64,000 nt of DNA from a virus (IMGVR_UViG_3300031420_000495:96001-160000), one strand, 5' to 3'; positions 27,472-38,900 are shown, counted from the stretch's first letter. Notes: generated by a model not told the origin, from the sequence alone. Made by a program: numbers and translations.

Positions 27472-29052
27472 TTATACTTGAACCAAGAATGCTGAACCAG
27501 TTTTGTCTGCTGGTGCAAACGGAATTGGTGTGCCGAACGCACGTGCGCCAGCGGTTCCATACGTGGTAGCGTCAGAGATGATTTCAAACCTGACGGTTGT
27601 CGTACCGCTAATTGCACTGCCAGCAGCAAGAGCGATTGTCACCGACAGCGAGGTTGCAGTAGGCGTCGAACCAGTTACAGCCATAGATGCTCCACCGAAT
27701 TGTTGCAGCGGCACCAACGTTTGAGTTGCGGTAGTTCCACGAAGACCAACGTTTGTTGGTGTGATGCTGAACCTCAACGGATAGACATTGGCAAAAACAC
27801 GAGACTTGTCAGCTGTCAGTCGGAGAACACCAACGTTGTTCAGCAGGTTCTTCAAGTCAATGTCAGCCGGTGCCATTGCACCTGTTGGAATGTGGGACAT
27901 CGTAATCTGGACTGCGCCACCAGAATTCAGGAATGTAAGCAAGTCAGCATTGGTTGCGAAGTTAAAACGCATCGTGATGGTTTCAGAAGTTGCACCTCCT
28001 GGCGATCCGCTGAATGTTGCAAGCTGTGCAATTTCAGTTGATGGTGCGAAATCCGGATTCGTTCCGCTTGCTCCGCTGATACCTTTCAGCGAGTAACGAT
28101 TTGCAACTGCAGCTGTCAGCACGTTGTACGTTTCAGTGAATGCGCGAATCAGAGTCACGATACCGAAGCGGCGGTTCGAGCGACGTTCAAGTGAAGGATA
28201 GCGTACATCCGTTGCTGGCAATGTTGTCAGTGCTGTTGGCGCTGGTCGACCGTCGGAGACAAATGGCACAGGTGAAATATCATCGAGCATATTTGCTGGA
28301 AGGTCGAGACGACTGACTGCGTAGCGAGCAGCAGACAGAAGCAAATCCCAGTCAGTTGAAATAGGATCAACTTTCAGTTCAGTCGCAGAGTCTGTGGTTG
28401 GTACCAGCACATTGGCATCAGGGCTTGCTGCATGTTTAGCAAGTAAGTCAGCATCCAGTGTTGTGAGGCTTGTCAAGTCCGGAATGTTCTTGCCGATTGC
28501 TGCAGCACCACCATTGCCAGTTGAGCCGATCAGCTGGAAGACCATGGTTGCAAGCACATCGTATTCTTCACGTCCTGCAATCGTTTCGATTGGCGGCCAA
28601 ACCTGATTCCATCCGCCGATTGTCGAGCCAACAACCGGGTGACGACCAACTCCGGTGTAGACGTACATGATGCCCGAACGGGTACCGGTCTTTTGGAACC
28701 ATACGTCACCGACTGCTGCTGGCGATGGTGCATTTGCGCCGACGCCTGTTACTTGAACACCGCCGAGAGATTTCCATACGAGTGGAGTTGTCGACGTGCA
28801 AACCTTCATTGTGTTTTCGTTCGTGTCAAACCAGCTTTGACCGACTGTCGGATAAAGCGGTGCAGCACCGTCTGCAAAGCTTTCGAGCAGACGCATGAGG
28901 TTTTCTTGTTGAATGCTACCGTATCCAGGCGCACCTTTACCGGTGAAACGGAGTGATGCTTTGTTCGACACGACCGCGCCGACTGGAACGTTGATTGCCG
29001 CTGCCTTGTTTGCGTTCAGCGCAGGGTTCTTCCAATTAAGGATATATGCCAT
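27472..29052 (-). CDS. Virion structural protein (baseplate/tail-associated)
   Basis: YGSIQQENLMRLLESFA..P..PTVGQSWFD pattern typical of jumbo-phage baseplate/tail proteins; TAAATA at about 29117. Confidence 0.65.
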   Translation of the reverse strand: MAYILNWKNPALNANKAAAINVPVGAVVSNKASLRFTGKGAPGYGSIQQENLMRLLESFADGAAPLYPTVGQSWFDTNENTMKVCTSTTPLVWKSLGGVQVTGVGANAPSPAAVGDVWFQKTGTRSGIMYVYTGVGRHPVVGSTIGGWNQVWPPIETIAGREEYDVLATMVFQLIGSTGNGGAAAIGKNIPDLTSLTTLDADLLAKHAASPDANVLVPTTDSATELKVDPISTDWDLLLSAARYAVSRLDLPANMLDDISPVPFVSDGRPAPTALTTLPATDVRYPSLERRSNRRFGIVTLIRAFTETYNVLTAAVANRYSLKGISGASGTNPDFAPSTEIAQLATFSGSPGGATSETITMRFNFATNADLLTFLNSGGAVQITMSHIPTGAMAPADIDLKNLLNNVGVLRLTADKSRVFANVYPLRFSITPTNVGLRGTTATQTLVPLQQFGGASMAVTGSTPTATSLSVTIALAAGSAISGTTTVRFEIISDATTYGTAGARAFGTPIPFAPADKTGSAFLVQV

Positions 29053-29133
29053 TGTATTCTCCTGCCGAGTAAGTTATGAGATTGCATCGCGCTCGGCTTT
29101 CTGTGCGATGCTTCATATTTATTCGGAAAAGAG

Positions 29134-29154
29134 AAAGGACCCGAAGGTCCCTTT
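29134..29154. terminator. Intrinsic terminator, UUCG loop
   Basis: GGACC-CGAA-GGTCC with T tracts. Confidence 0.75.
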
Positions 29155-29171
29155 ATTATGCGGTTAGTTGG

Positions 29172-29978
29172 TTACGAACCGGTCTGCAGGAGTGCAGGCT
29201 CTGTAGTTCGGAATTCATGTCGCGTCGCTTTTTGCGGAGCAGCGGTACGACCTTTCTCCGTCTGACGAGGGTCAGGGGAGTCCAGATGGCGGAGGATGGT
29301 TTGAACAATTTCAGAGCGAACGACGTCCTTGTTCTTGAACTCGATCACCTGAATCTCATTGGAGCAGCCACGCAGTTTGCGCGTAACCCACTCGAGCCCG
29401 TTCTCAGGCACACCACGGAGGTCTGACTGGGAACCATCGCCGTTGACGGCGAATTGGGAATATTCACCAATACGTGTGACGAACAGCTTCATTTGTTCGA
29501 TTGTTGTGTTCTGCGCTTCGTCGAGAATCACGTAGCAGTTGGTGAATGTGCGTCCACGCATATAGGCAAGCGGAGCGAACTCGATCTTGCCATCTTCCAA
29601 CAGCTTCTTCGCCATTGTTGGGCCGACCAGGTCATTCAGTGCATCGAGCAGCGGGAGCAGATATGGGGAGATTTTCTCTTCGAATGTTCCTGGTAGGAAG
29701 CCGAGAGATTCGCCAGCCTCGACGATCGGACGAGTGATGACGACTTTTGAAACTTCATTTGTCAGAAGTTTATCGACGGCAATAGCCATCGCGAGGAACG
29801 ACTTACCAGAACCAGCTGGACCGGTGCCGATAGTCAGTTTCGAATGTGTCAACGATTCGATGTAGAAACGCTGAGAATCGTTTTTCGGTGAAGGACGTAC
29901 TTTGAGTCGAATGGCTTTTGTTCCTTCTGGGTTAATCGGTTGTGGATATTTCTGTTTTGACAAAGCATGTTTTCCCAT
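29172..29978 (-). CDS. phoH: PhoH-like ATPase
   Basis: GPAGSGKS, LGFLPG, YMRGRT, LDEAQN, GDGSQSDL. Confidence 0.95.
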   Translation of the reverse strand: MGKHALSKQKYPQPINPEGTKAIRLKVRPSPKNDSQRFYIESLTHSKLTIGTGPAGSGKSFLAMAIAVDKLLTNEVSKVVITRPIVEAGESLGFLPGTFEEKISPYLLPLLDALNDLVGPTMAKKLLEDGKIEFAPLAYMRGRTFTNCYVILDEAQNTTIEQMKLFVTRIGEYSQFAVNGDGSQSDLRGVPENGLEWVTRKLRGCSNEIQVIEFKNKDVVRSEIVQTILRHLDSPDPRQTEKGRTAAPQKATRHEFRTTEPALLQTGS

Positions 29979-30029
29979 TGTATCCTCCTGGAAATGGGCC
30001 GAACAAAATCGTAATCTACACTGGCATTC

Positions 30030-30392
30030 TTACGGTTGCCTTTGCAGTACGAAGCGGATCCAATCAGCGGAGCTCGTTTGTGTGCTGTGAAGGGCGGACC
30101 GACCTGCTTCGATGCAGCTGAGCAGATATGTTGCCAAGTTCACTTTTTCTGAAGGAGTTAAGCTCTTGATGGACTCGATGGCGACCGTTGAGGTTGCGCC
30201 TGACGAGATGGTAGCCAGATCATCAATTTGGTCGTAGGTCCGACCGTCCTTGAAGAACTGAGAAAGGAGTGCTAGCACGTAGATGTGATAGAAATTCGTT
30301 GAATCGCCAGCGTCGATGATTTCACGCAGGGACAGTTCGTAAGGAACTGGGCCTGTCATCTCTTGAATCATAATTGCTTGGTGAAGTTTCAT
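30030..30392 (-). CDS. Hypothetical late protein
   Basis: TAAATA at about 30418. Confidence 0.65.
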   Translation of the reverse strand: MKLHQAIMIQEMTGPVPYELSLREIIDAGDSTNFYHIYVLALLSQFFKDGRTYDQIDDLATISSGATSTVAIESIKSLTPSEKVNLATYLLSCIEAGRSALHSTQTSSADWIRFVLQRQP

Positions 30393-30504
30393 TGACCGTC
30401 CGTTGAATTGTATAATTTATTTATGGCGGATTCGTGATAACACGCGGAAGATTTTTCGTGCTCTCGTTTAGGTAAATATACCACCTATTCACGAAGGAGG
30501 AAAA

Positions 30505-30729
30505 ATGAATCAGGATTCAACAGAAAGCGAACGTTTCGTTGATGAAGCGGAGAAACCGATCCCACCTAAGAATACGTGGGATCAGTTAAGCATGAACGAG
30601 TTGATTGACGTCAAGCTTCAGCTTGAACAAAAGCTGTGGGCATTCGGTAACAATCCCGCCATCGCAAAAGCTTTGCGACAGGGGATTGAACAGATTACTG
30701 GGATGATTTTGGCTGGCGGTCGGCTTTAG
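30505..30729 (+). CDS. Hypothetical late protein
   Basis: TAAATA at about 30474; AGGAGG RBS. Confidence 0.7.
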   Translation: MNQDSTESERFVDEAEKPIPPKNTWDQLSMNELIDVKLQLEQKLWAFGNNPAIAKALRQGIEQITGMILAGGRL

Positions 30730-31405
30730 GCTTCGTTGCTGCTTTTGGTTTCGCAGCAGCCTTTGGCTTTGGTTCTGCCGGAGCCTTTTCTTTTGGTGGC
30801 CATGGCACTTCGAGATAATCGGTGACGTGGTCAACCAGTCCGTACTTCTTGCACTCTTGTGGCGTCAACCAACGATCTGACGGCGAGAACAGCACGTCAT
30901 TGATTTGCTTCTCGGTCATCGTCGAGTGGCGCTTGAAGTGGTTGATGAACATCTGCTTCAGACGCATGTGCTCGTTGGTGACGGCCATCAGTTCGTGGAA
31001 CTTGCCTTCAACACCGCTCATCCATTGGTGAGCCATGATCTGAGTATTTTTCGTGAGGACGCGTTTGCCTTTCTCGCCAGCGGAGAGAATCAGCAAAGCC
31101 ATGGATGCGATGATACCAGTGCCGACAGTGTGAATTGGAAGACGTGACGTCTCCATGATGTCGATGATGGCAAACCCGTCGTTGACGTCTCCGCCAGGCG
31201 AGTTGATAAGGAATGTCAGAGGATCGTTGTTCATTTGCAGCATGTTGGCTTTGATGACAAAGTCGCAAGTTGCAAATGCAGTATTACCGTCGATTGGCCC
31301 GAACAACATGAATGAGCCCAATGATTCCAGGCTAATCATATCGTACGGCAAACTCATTTCTTGACCTTGACCAGCGTTGCTCGGTCCAGAATCTTTTCTT
31401 TGCAT
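30695..31405 (-). CDS. clpP: ATP-dependent Clp protease proteolytic subunit
   Basis: INSPGGDV, IASMA (Ser), IMAHQ (His), DRWLTPQECKKYGLVD (Asp). Confidence 0.92.
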   Translation of the reverse strand: MQRKDSGPSNAGQGQEMSLPYDMISLESLGSFMLFGPIDGNTAFATCDFVIKANMLQMNNDPLTFLINSPGGDVNDGFAIIDIMETSRLPIHTVGTGIIASMALLILSAGEKGKRVLTKNTQIMAHQWMSGVEGKFHELMAVTNEHMRLKQMFINHFKRHSTMTEKQINDVLFSPSDRWLTPQECKKYGLVDHVTDYLEVPWPPKEKAPAEPKPKAAAKPKAATKPKADRQPKSSQ

Positions 31406-31455
31406 ATTAACTCCTCTGTGTGTGAATGCACACTTATTTACAGAGGAGAAATACG

Positions 31456-31884
31456 CTATTGTTCTTGCGCTGAATTATAAATTACGGTTGTAAGCACGTC
31501 AGCAATTGGCCGCATAAAAATCAACCAGATAAAGAACTGGTATATGATGATGTGCTGGACAGGTACCGTGATTGGATCACCGAACGCTGACGACAACAGC
31601 GACAGCTCCGAGGCTTTGCCCACGACGTAATTGGCCAGTGGTGTGTTGGCTGTGAACAACGCGAACAACCATCCCAGGCAAATGAACGGCATGACACCGA
31701 AGAAGTTGCCGAGGACGAAGGCGACCGGATACAGTGCCACCTTCGTTGCGATGAATGATCGCGTTGCTTTCGCGACAACCCAACAAATGAATAGCCAAAC
31801 ACTGAAGACTATCAATATTGGTATCGCGATAATCATGGCCACACCTACGTGGCCGCTGACGTTACTCTGGGTTTGCTGGCTCAC
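31456..31884 (-). CDS. Membrane protein
   Basis: Three to four TM helices. Confidence 0.7.
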   Translation of the reverse strand: MSQQTQSNVSGHVGVAMIIAIPILIVFSVWLFICWVVAKATRSFIATKVALYPVAFVLGNFFGVMPFICLGWLFALFTANTPLANYVVGKASELSLLSSAFGDPITVPVQHIIIYQFFIWLIFMRPIADVLTTVIYNSAQEQ

Positions 31885-33043
31885 AATCGTCTTCCGGTTC
31901 TTCAGTCATCATGATCTGATTCGCACCCGGCACGATGACTTGTAACGACCAGTTGCGGATATACTTCTTCAGATACCACTCGTTCCAGTCCGTGTCTTGG
32001 CCACGGAACGCACGCATGATTTCCTTGAAGTTCTCATGGTCGCGGTGTGCTGCGGCCATGTCTTTTGCGGTGCGGTCGAAACCGCGGCCGAGTCCTGCCA
32101 GCTCTTCGACATACGAACGCGTACGCTCGATTTCGCCGAAGATGATCTTCTCGACGTCGATGATCGGCTGGATGTCGCGGCCGGTCATGGCGAACGCTGC
32201 TTTCAGGTCGTCCGACTGGTCGGCCAACACTGCGCGAGCGACGTCACGCCAACGAGTGAACGTGACCGAGTGATGCAGGTCGCAGTACCACTTCGTCTTG
32301 GCCTTCCACATCTGGCCGTCGTCCGTTTGCAGGATCACACCTTCGATGCCCTCGCGAGTCAGTTGCATCTCGCGAATTTTCTCGTAGTCGACCACACCAT
32401 CAGTGCTGAACTGGTCGATGATGTTCGGCACGACCGGGAACGGGCACATGTTCGATTCTTGATCCATGCCGCTTGCCGGCGTGTATGCACCGGTGATGTT
32501 GTTGCGGACTTGCAACAGCGTCAGCTCGTCTTTCTCGTACAGCAGCACGATCGGGAACCGCGGCGACGTCCACTCGAAAGTCGGCGTCCAGCCGTAGCTC
32601 AGCAGGTTGCGGACCCAGTTCACACGACGCTCGTTCTTGTACAAGAACTCGGTTGCAGCGATTGCTTCGGCCGAGTCGAACGTCTTCTTCGTCTTGCCAA
32701 CGATCTTGCCGTTGTCATTGACGAACGTAATCATCGAGCCGTCACGCTTGTCCATAATCCGCGTGATCTTGTCCCACGGAATCAGGTGCGGCTGCGTGTC
32801 TTCGTTCTCGCCGATGTTCTGGAACTTGTGCAGCGTACGCGATACGACTTTGCCGCTCGCGGTATCGAACGTGATGCCACGGCATTCCTTCCACCACTCT
32901 TCGTGCTCGCCGCGGAACGTGTCCTCGTCCTGCAGCATGTAGCAGACGATGGTCGTACCGTTCGGTTGCTCTTGCACACGGAACTGCGGGTTGTCCTGAA
33001 CGAACGGTAACAGGTCGTTGATGTGTCGGATTACTGGAAACAT
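31862..33043 (-). CDS. RNA ligase 1 (T4 RnlA family)
   Basis: CRGITF, HKFQN, KRDGS (motif I), TFEW, EGVIL, WKAKTKWY. Confidence 0.9.
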   Translation of the reverse strand: MFPVIRHINDLLPFVQDNPQFRVQEQPNGTTIVCYMLQDEDTFRGEHEEWWKECRGITFDTASGKVVSRTLHKFQNIGENEDTQPHLIPWDKITRIMDKRDGSMITFVNDNGKIVGKTKKTFDSAEAIAATEFLYKNERRVNWVRNLLSYGWTPTFEWTSPRFPIVLLYEKDELTLLQVRNNITGAYTPASGMDQESNMCPFPVVPNIIDQFSTDGVVDYEKIREMQLTREGIEGVILQTDDGQMWKAKTKWYCDLHHSVTFTRWRDVARAVLADQSDDLKAAFAMTGRDIQPIIDVEKIIFGEIERTRSYVEELAGLGRGFDRTAKDMAAAHRDHENFKEIMRAFRGQDTDWNEWYLKKYIRNWSLQVIVPGANQIMMTEEPEDDCEPANPE

Positions 33044-33044
33044 T

Positions 33045-33422
33045 TTATGCTCTCATCAAAAGGTGTGCAGGCCAGAACAGTCGACGCTTACCGTCTTCGT
33101 GCACAACTGCTGCACACCATTCCGTTTCGGTGCTTCTTGGATTCTGTGCGAACTTCTCGACTTTCCACTTGCCTTCGTAACCATACACGGTCACGGTATC
33201 GCCGATTTCGTAGAGACCGTTTTTGCCCCTGAACGCGTACATCTCGACCTTGAATCGGGAGACGATGTCGTCCGGCGAACGGTAGCCGAGTGTATGAAGC
33301 GCATGGTCGATGACCACCAGCTTTTCGTCGTCGAATGCGACGACATCATACACAAAGAACGATCCGTCATTGATGTCCGGAAAAGTTCGTACGACGTGCC
33401 CTACGGAATAATTGATACTCAT
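33045..33422 (-). CDS. Hypothetical protein
   Basis: First gene after the promoter at 33452. Confidence 0.65.
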   Translation of the reverse strand: MSINYSVGHVVRTFPDINDGSFFVYDVVAFDDEKLVVIDHALHTLGYRSPDDIVSRFKVEMYAFRGKNGLYEIGDTVTVYGYEGKWKVEKFAQNPRSTETEWCAAVVHEDGKRRLFWPAHLLMRA

Positions 33423-33451
33423 GATTTTGTCTTTGTTGGGTTGATGTAGAG

Positions 33452-33480
33452 ATTATACACGCAACCCAAACAAATGCACA
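33452..33480 (-). promoter_or_regulatory. Promoter TGTGCA-N17-TATAAT
   Basis: Read directly. Confidence 0.78.
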
Positions 33481-33483
33481 GCG

Positions 33484-33756
33484 TTATTGCGCTTCTTCGT
33501 CGTCTGCTACGACTGCCGTCGTAGGTCCAGCTTTCGTGGTTGTGGTGCTGTGTGGACAGCGAGTGACGAGCATGGTCACGCTGTCGTACGGTGGCTTGCC
33601 AGTCACGAAGAACGTCTTGCAGTCGCTGAGACCGGTCGGCATGTTCATCTTGATTTCGGACGCAGGTGCGACCGCGACTTCTTCCGATGCGTGATCTGAC
33701 TCGTCGCAGCTCGCGAGCATGAGAACTGCGAGTGCGGCAATTATGATGGATTTCAT
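33484..33756 (-). CDS. Lipoprotein
   Basis: Lipobox LASC. Confidence 0.7.
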   Translation of the reverse strand: MKSIIIAALAVLMLASCDESDHASEEVAVAPASEIKMNMPTGLSDCKTFFVTGKPPYDSVTMLVTRCPHSTTTTKAGPTTAVVADDEEAQ

Positions 33757-34031
33757 ACTTGCACCTCTGGCTTCAGCACGTAACGCTTGCCGACCTTGTT
33801 GGTGTATGCGTGGAAGAAACTGTGCTTGGGCACATAGAACCAGCCGTTGTATTTGGTGCCGCTGGTGCTGAAGACTTCGGACCAGTAGCCGCGATACTTG
33901 CGACGACCTTGATCGTCTTTCGCGTCATAATCCAGACCGTTCGACTCGACAACGAACCGTTGCAGTTCGGTGAACGTCAGGCCTTCAGGGAATTGTTTGA
34001 GGTGTTTGAGAAGTTCTTGGGTTGTCGCCAT
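33753..34031 (-). CDS. Hypothetical protein
   Basis: GGAG RBS; after the promoter at 34061. Confidence 0.65.
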   Translation of the reverse strand: MATTQELLKHLKQFPEGLTFTELQRFVVESNGLDYDAKDDQGRRKYRGYWSEVFSTSGTKYNGWFYVPKHSFFHAYTNKVGKRYVLKPEVQV

Positions 34032-34060
34032 TATTTTTCTCCAGAAAGAGTATAACGCAG

Positions 34061-34089
34061 ATTATACTTCGATCCGGAGAAAATGTACA
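34061..34089 (-). promoter_or_regulatory. Promoter TGTACA-N17-TATAAT
   Basis: Read directly. Confidence 0.75.
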
Positions 34090-34254
34090 TCAATGATTTA
34101 CAGCGTATGCTCCAAGTGCAATTGCAAGAATCACAACTTCACCGATAAGCAGGCCGATGACATACTGTTTGAGTTTGTTGATCTGCTCAGTTTGTTTTGC
34201 GTCAAGTTCATTTACAGCTGTGCTGGTGACCGCTTCGTTGCTATAGATTTTCAT
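34090..34254 (-). CDS. Small membrane protein (not in ORF track)
   Basis: Manual translation MKIYSNE..VIGLLIGEVVILAIALGAYAVNH. Confidence 0.55.
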   Translation of the reverse strand: MKIYSNEAVTSTAVNELDAKQTEQINKLKQYVIGLLIGEVVILAIALGAYAVNH

Positions 34255-34263
34255 GTGTCATTC

Positions 34264-35010
34264 CTATTCGTAAACAATGTCGCCCTTAATCAGAGTGACA
34301 GGTGTTTGATGTTGTATGTTTATTGGTGTTACGTTAACTGCAGGTGATTTGTACGATGCAGATTCTTTCAGCACTTCACCGAAACGCTTTTCCGATTCAG
34401 CAGCAATATCGGCCAGCGTGATGCGAACCGGTTTTGCTGGTGAAGGCTTTGCCTTCGGAACTTTTTGTTCTTTGACAACTTTTGGTTCTACCTTCTTCTC
34501 TGGGCGATACAACTCTGTTCCGTCCTGGCTTGCTGCTTCCGCCATCAGGCTCTTTGGCCGCGATGCGATCGTTTGCTTCTGTGTAGGCTTAAGCGGATCG
34601 ATTGGGCGCGATGGAAGCGGCTGAGGTTTTTCAGGCGTCTTAGGCAATGCACCGCCTTCGCCTTCCCAAGTTTCAGTTTGCTTTGGGCGCTGTGTTGGGC
34701 GAGCCGGCTGTTGATCTTCAGCGGCAATCATCGGCTCACGTGTACCGATTTCAACAGTGCGTTTGATCGGTGTGAACAGGCGATTGTTGACGATGACTTC
34801 CACACGGAAATCATATTCACCAGCTGTCATGCTTTCAGGAATCTTTACTTCCGCGTACCAGTCTTCGTCAGTTCCACCGAGAAGTTTCTCGGCAGCAAAG
34901 CCGAGCTCGTGCTCGCGGTTACCTATGACCAGGCGAACTGTCGGCTCGGCTTTGGTGCCGTTTACACCAACCTTGAATTTGACTTCGTTTGCTTTACCAA
35001 TCTCTAACAT
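34264..35010 (-). CDS. Late protein: Ig-like N-terminus and Pro/Lys-rich tail
   Basis: TAAATA at about 35032. Confidence 0.7.
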   Translation of the reverse strand: MLEIGKANEVKFKVGVNGTKAEPTVRLVIGNREHELGFAAEKLLGGTDEDWYAEVKIPESMTAGEYDFRVEVIVNNRLFTPIKRTVEIGTREPMIAAEDQQPARPTQRPKQTETWEGEGGALPKTPEKPQPLPSRPIDPLKPTQKQTIASRPKSLMAEAASQDGTELYRPEKKVEPKVVKEQKVPKAKPSPAKPVRITLADIAAESEKRFGEVLKESASYKSPAVNVTPINIQHQTPVTLIKGDIVYE

Positions 35011-35011
35011 T

Positions 35012-35395
35012 TCAAATCTCCATTTCCGAGATATTTACACTTATCTCCGGACCTTCATTTATTTCAAGATTGGTTACCACGACAAAGTCGAGACGCTGTG
35101 TATTTTCGATTGTCTCGCTGCCAACCATACCAAAGATTTCCGCTCGCACGGTGATGTACGGCTGATCGACTGGAGGCAGATTCTGCCTGTCCATTTGCGG
35201 CGCGATGTACGGCTTGAAGTCCATGCCAGGACGAATCGTCGATCCACCCGAATGCGGACGTGGTGTTGGCTTTGGTGGCACGACAATAACGTCGTGCCCT
35301 GCTTCATGAATCAACCGCGCAAGAACTTTCGCTCGCTGTTTTCCGCAGAAACCATCGATTCGCCCAGTTCCGATTGTGCAGTAGTTGATTGACAT
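35012..35395 (-). CDS. Hypothetical late protein
   Basis: TAATG-coupled start MSINYC. Confidence 0.6.
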   Translation of the reverse strand: MSINYCTIGTGRIDGFCGKQRAKVLARLIHEAGHDVIVVPPKPTPRPHSGGSTIRPGMDFKPYIAPQMDRQNLPPVDQPYITVRAEIFGMVGSETIENTQRLDFVVVTNLEINEGPEISVNISEMEI

Positions 35396-35934
35396 TATGC
35401 GGCCGGTGTTTGTTGAGCAGCAACCCACTCAAGATAAGTTTGCGGCCAACCAGTACTGAAGTCGTAGTCCATTGGCGTTTCGTCATCCAAAATCATGTGC
35501 TGACGGTGATATTCAGCTTGCGCGAAAATCTTCTGGTCTTGTGCAATCGTGCCCTGGAAAATCTGCGATGCAAGTGTTGGTGTCATTGCAACAAATGTGC
35601 CTTGCATGGTTTTCCACATGATGCCAGGAGGCATGTTCGCACCGAGCATTGTGAGTGCAATTTGTTGAATGCGTGACGTGTCATCGGAGTGGAACCAGTT
35701 GTCTCCGATATGTACACCGCCAGCTTTTCGTTTGTCACGCTCTGCTTGGATGCGAAGCCACATTTCAGTGCGTGCTACATCAAGTGCAACTGAGTCCAAA
35801 GTTTCTTTAGAAGGCAACGGTGCGCTGTCTTCTTCGATCCTGATATTCTCATAGATGCCTGGGTCACCGATAATATGGGCTTGTACAGTTGGAAACTTTG
35901 AACCCAAAATTTCCATGTAGTCTTGAACGATCAT
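35395..35934 (-). CDS. Tail fibre assembly-associated protein (DUF4376-like)
   Basis: IQAERDKRKAGG..WFHSD..WKTMQGTFV pattern; follows the fibre gene. Confidence 0.7.
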   Translation of the reverse strand: MIVQDYMEILGSKFPTVQAHIIGDPGIYENIRIEEDSAPLPSKETLDSVALDVARTEMWLRIQAERDKRKAGGVHIGDNWFHSDDTSRIQQIALTMLGANMPPGIMWKTMQGTFVAMTPTLASQIFQGTIAQDQKIFAQAEYHRQHMILDDETPMDYDFSTGWPQTYLEWVAAQQTPAA

Positions 35935-35942
35935 GATGCTCC

Positions 35943-38900
35943 TTAGATAATTTCAGTCATCGACCAGTGTGAACGGCTTACGCCGCCGATCGAAAGGCCG
36001 GATGTACGACCGAGGTACCAAGTACCTGCAGCGTTACCACCGATACGGATCGAGTAAGTTTGCGAAGTCGTAACGCCTGGAGTATCTATGATTCGTACGG
36101 AGAATGTTTCCGGCATACTAACAGTTGAGCTACCAGCTGCTGCTTGAGTTGCAGAAACCACGGCACCAATACATGTTGTACCACGGAAGAACGAGAGGAA
36201 CACACCGCCATTGAAGCTAGTGTCAATGATGCCAGAGAACTCGATGATAATGCGTGATGCTGTCGATGCAGGCGTGATAACTTGAGAAACAAGTTGCGTT
36301 CCCTGTGAAGTCGTTGGCGCAGATGTCGCTGTCAACGGGATTGTTGATGTTCCGCTCTGCGATGCAATCGAACCAGAATACATCAGGTTCATACGGTCAG
36401 TCGTTACGTCCCCACCAGTTACAATACCTTTGGTATTGACAGTGACTCGGTCGTATGTACCAGCAGCAACAACATCTGTCAAGTTGGTTGGAACCGTAAT
36501 ATCAGCAGTACCATCGAAAGCGACACCGTTGATCGTGCGAGCAGTTGCCAGTTTGGTTGCGTTTGCAGCCAGAGTAGCAGTCGATGCGTTACCGTTCAGA
36601 GCTGCTGTGATAGTACCAGCAGAGAAGTTTCCGCTTGCATCGCGGCCAACAACAGTGCTTGCGGTGTTTGCAGAAGTAACGTTCGAGACGTTCACGGCAT
36701 CGGTGATACCGTAACCAGCCAACGTGGTTGGATTTGTACCAGCAGTTACACGACCTTGCGCGTCTGTCGTAACCGAGCGGAATGTGCCTGCGGTACCAAC
36801 AGATGGAAGCGAGATTGTTGGATTGCCAGCAATACCATCACCGTTTGTAATCGTGATGCCTGTACCAGCAGTGATTGCGCGAGTTGCCCAGGTATCGGCC
36901 GCAGTGCGAACCGCGATACCGTTTGTTGCGAGACCTTCAACAGCTGCCAAGTCATTTGCAAGAGCGAACGTCAGCGTACCGGTTGATGTGATCGTGCCAC
37001 CCGTAATTGTCAGACCTGCCGTAGGTGCTGCTGCCGAAATAGACATGACGCCAGTGTTAATGTTGACTACACCAGTTTGACCGTTGACCGAAAGAACTGC
37101 GTCAGTCGGAGTCAGAAGTTCTTGCCAGTTCGCCAGGACGTTTGCACCAGGCGCACGCAGGATGAACGAGCGATTCAGGTCGGTACGTACAGCGACGTCA
37201 CCAACTTCTGCACCAGCGATCGTAAGCATCGCAGCTTGCGAAGCCACAACGAACGTATCAGTGATTGCCAGAGCTGGAAGTTGCGATGATGTCAGTTTGC
37301 CATCAGAGCCAAGAGTTGCGATACCATTGACTGCACCAACTTGTGAGCTTGAAACTGCGTCAGTGATGCCGTAACCAACGAGCGTGGTTGGGCGAGTACC
37401 CGAGACAACGCGACCAAACGTGTCGGTTGTTACGAGACCGTATGTTCCAGGTGTTCCGACAGTTGCCAGATTGATAACAGGATCAGCAGTCGAGCCAGCG
37501 CCAGTCGTGATGACGATGTTGCCAGATGCGCCGGTCAGTGTTCGTGTAGCCCAAGCGTCAGCACCAGTGCGAACAGCGAAACCAATCGTTGTCAGTGCTT
37601 CAAGTGCGGCCAAGTCTTTTTCCAGACCGATGATGACGTTGCCGCCAACACCAGTTCCGTTTGTCGTTACAAGACCGTCGTTCGGAGTTGTGATCGAACG
37701 AGTTGCCCACGTGTCTGTACCCGCGCGAACTGCGAAACCAGTCGTTGCCAGGTTTTCAACAGCTGCAAGGTCGTTGCCAAGGCTGATCGTAGGATTGCCA
37801 CCAACACCAGAACCGTTCGTGACAATTACACCGGCAGCAGGTCCAATCAGGCTGCGAGTCGTTGCAGTGCTTTCACCAGTGATGACGAAAATTCCGTTAC
37901 CGTTCAGATCGGCAAGAGTTGTCAGCAGGTCATCTTTGAACTGCGCGTCGGTAATACCGTAGCCGCTCAGGGTCGATGGCGCATTCGTGATCGATGTCCA
38001 ATCGAGTGTTGCGCTACCCGAAGTTACACGACCGAATGTATCGGTTGTAACTTGTGCGTATGTTCCTGCAGTTCCGGCTGGTGCCAGGTCAATAGTTGGA
38101 TTTCCAGCTTGTGCATCACCGTTTGTAACGTTGATACGTCCGCCTGCGCCTTGAATAGAACGTGTCAGCCAAACGTGAGTCGTTTGATCTGCACTGTGGC
38201 CATGCACAGCGAGACCCGCACCAGTGATCGCAGTCAACGCGGTGAGTTCAGCATTGACAGGCTGGAAGCCGGTAATCTGGTGGGTGTGGTCAGCACGAGC
38301 GAGGAAGTTCGTTACGCCAGTTGTATTTGCAGATGCAGCAGTCAGTGTGATAGCTGGACCAGTCGGGATCGGGTCAGCACCGTTCGGGGTGTGACGTGAA
38401 CCGTGTGCATTGAACCGGATGCCATTGATTTCATCGAGGTTCGTAATGTCGTTGCCACCGAGATTCAGGTCACCAGTCAATGCACGCTGGCCGGTAGCCA
38501 ACATATACTGCGGGTGATCGTCATCTTCAAGACCAAGCAAGTCGCCGTGGTGAAGTGTGCCGCCAGAAGTTCCCTGGATTGCACGCATGAACATCGGGCG
38601 GATGTCAAGGATTTCGATGATTGAATCCACACCTTGACGCATGACCAGTGCTGCGATAGCAGGCGTTGCATCAGGTGCAACACGTGGAACCGGGATCGGT
38701 GCAGTGCGGGCTTCGTCTTCTGTTGCGTATTCAACTTGACCGTGCGACAGATAGTAAGTCTGGAATGGACCTTCCGAAACAGTGTACAACGCGTGCTTCG
38801 TATAGTATCCAGGCGTCATCGGCACGAGGTCAGTACCATTGTCGATGGTATCGTTCGGAACCTGTTGAACGAATGTCGATGCAACTTGTCCACCTGCACG

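Noticed and set aside
31997-33010. 337 aa plus-strand ORF
   Set aside because: Antisense of the RNA ligase gene
36700-38100. Nucleotide repeats suggesting a DGR or tandem array
   Set aside because: They are degenerate coding repeats of the fibre shaft; no reverse transcriptase or adenine-specific TR/VR pair was seen
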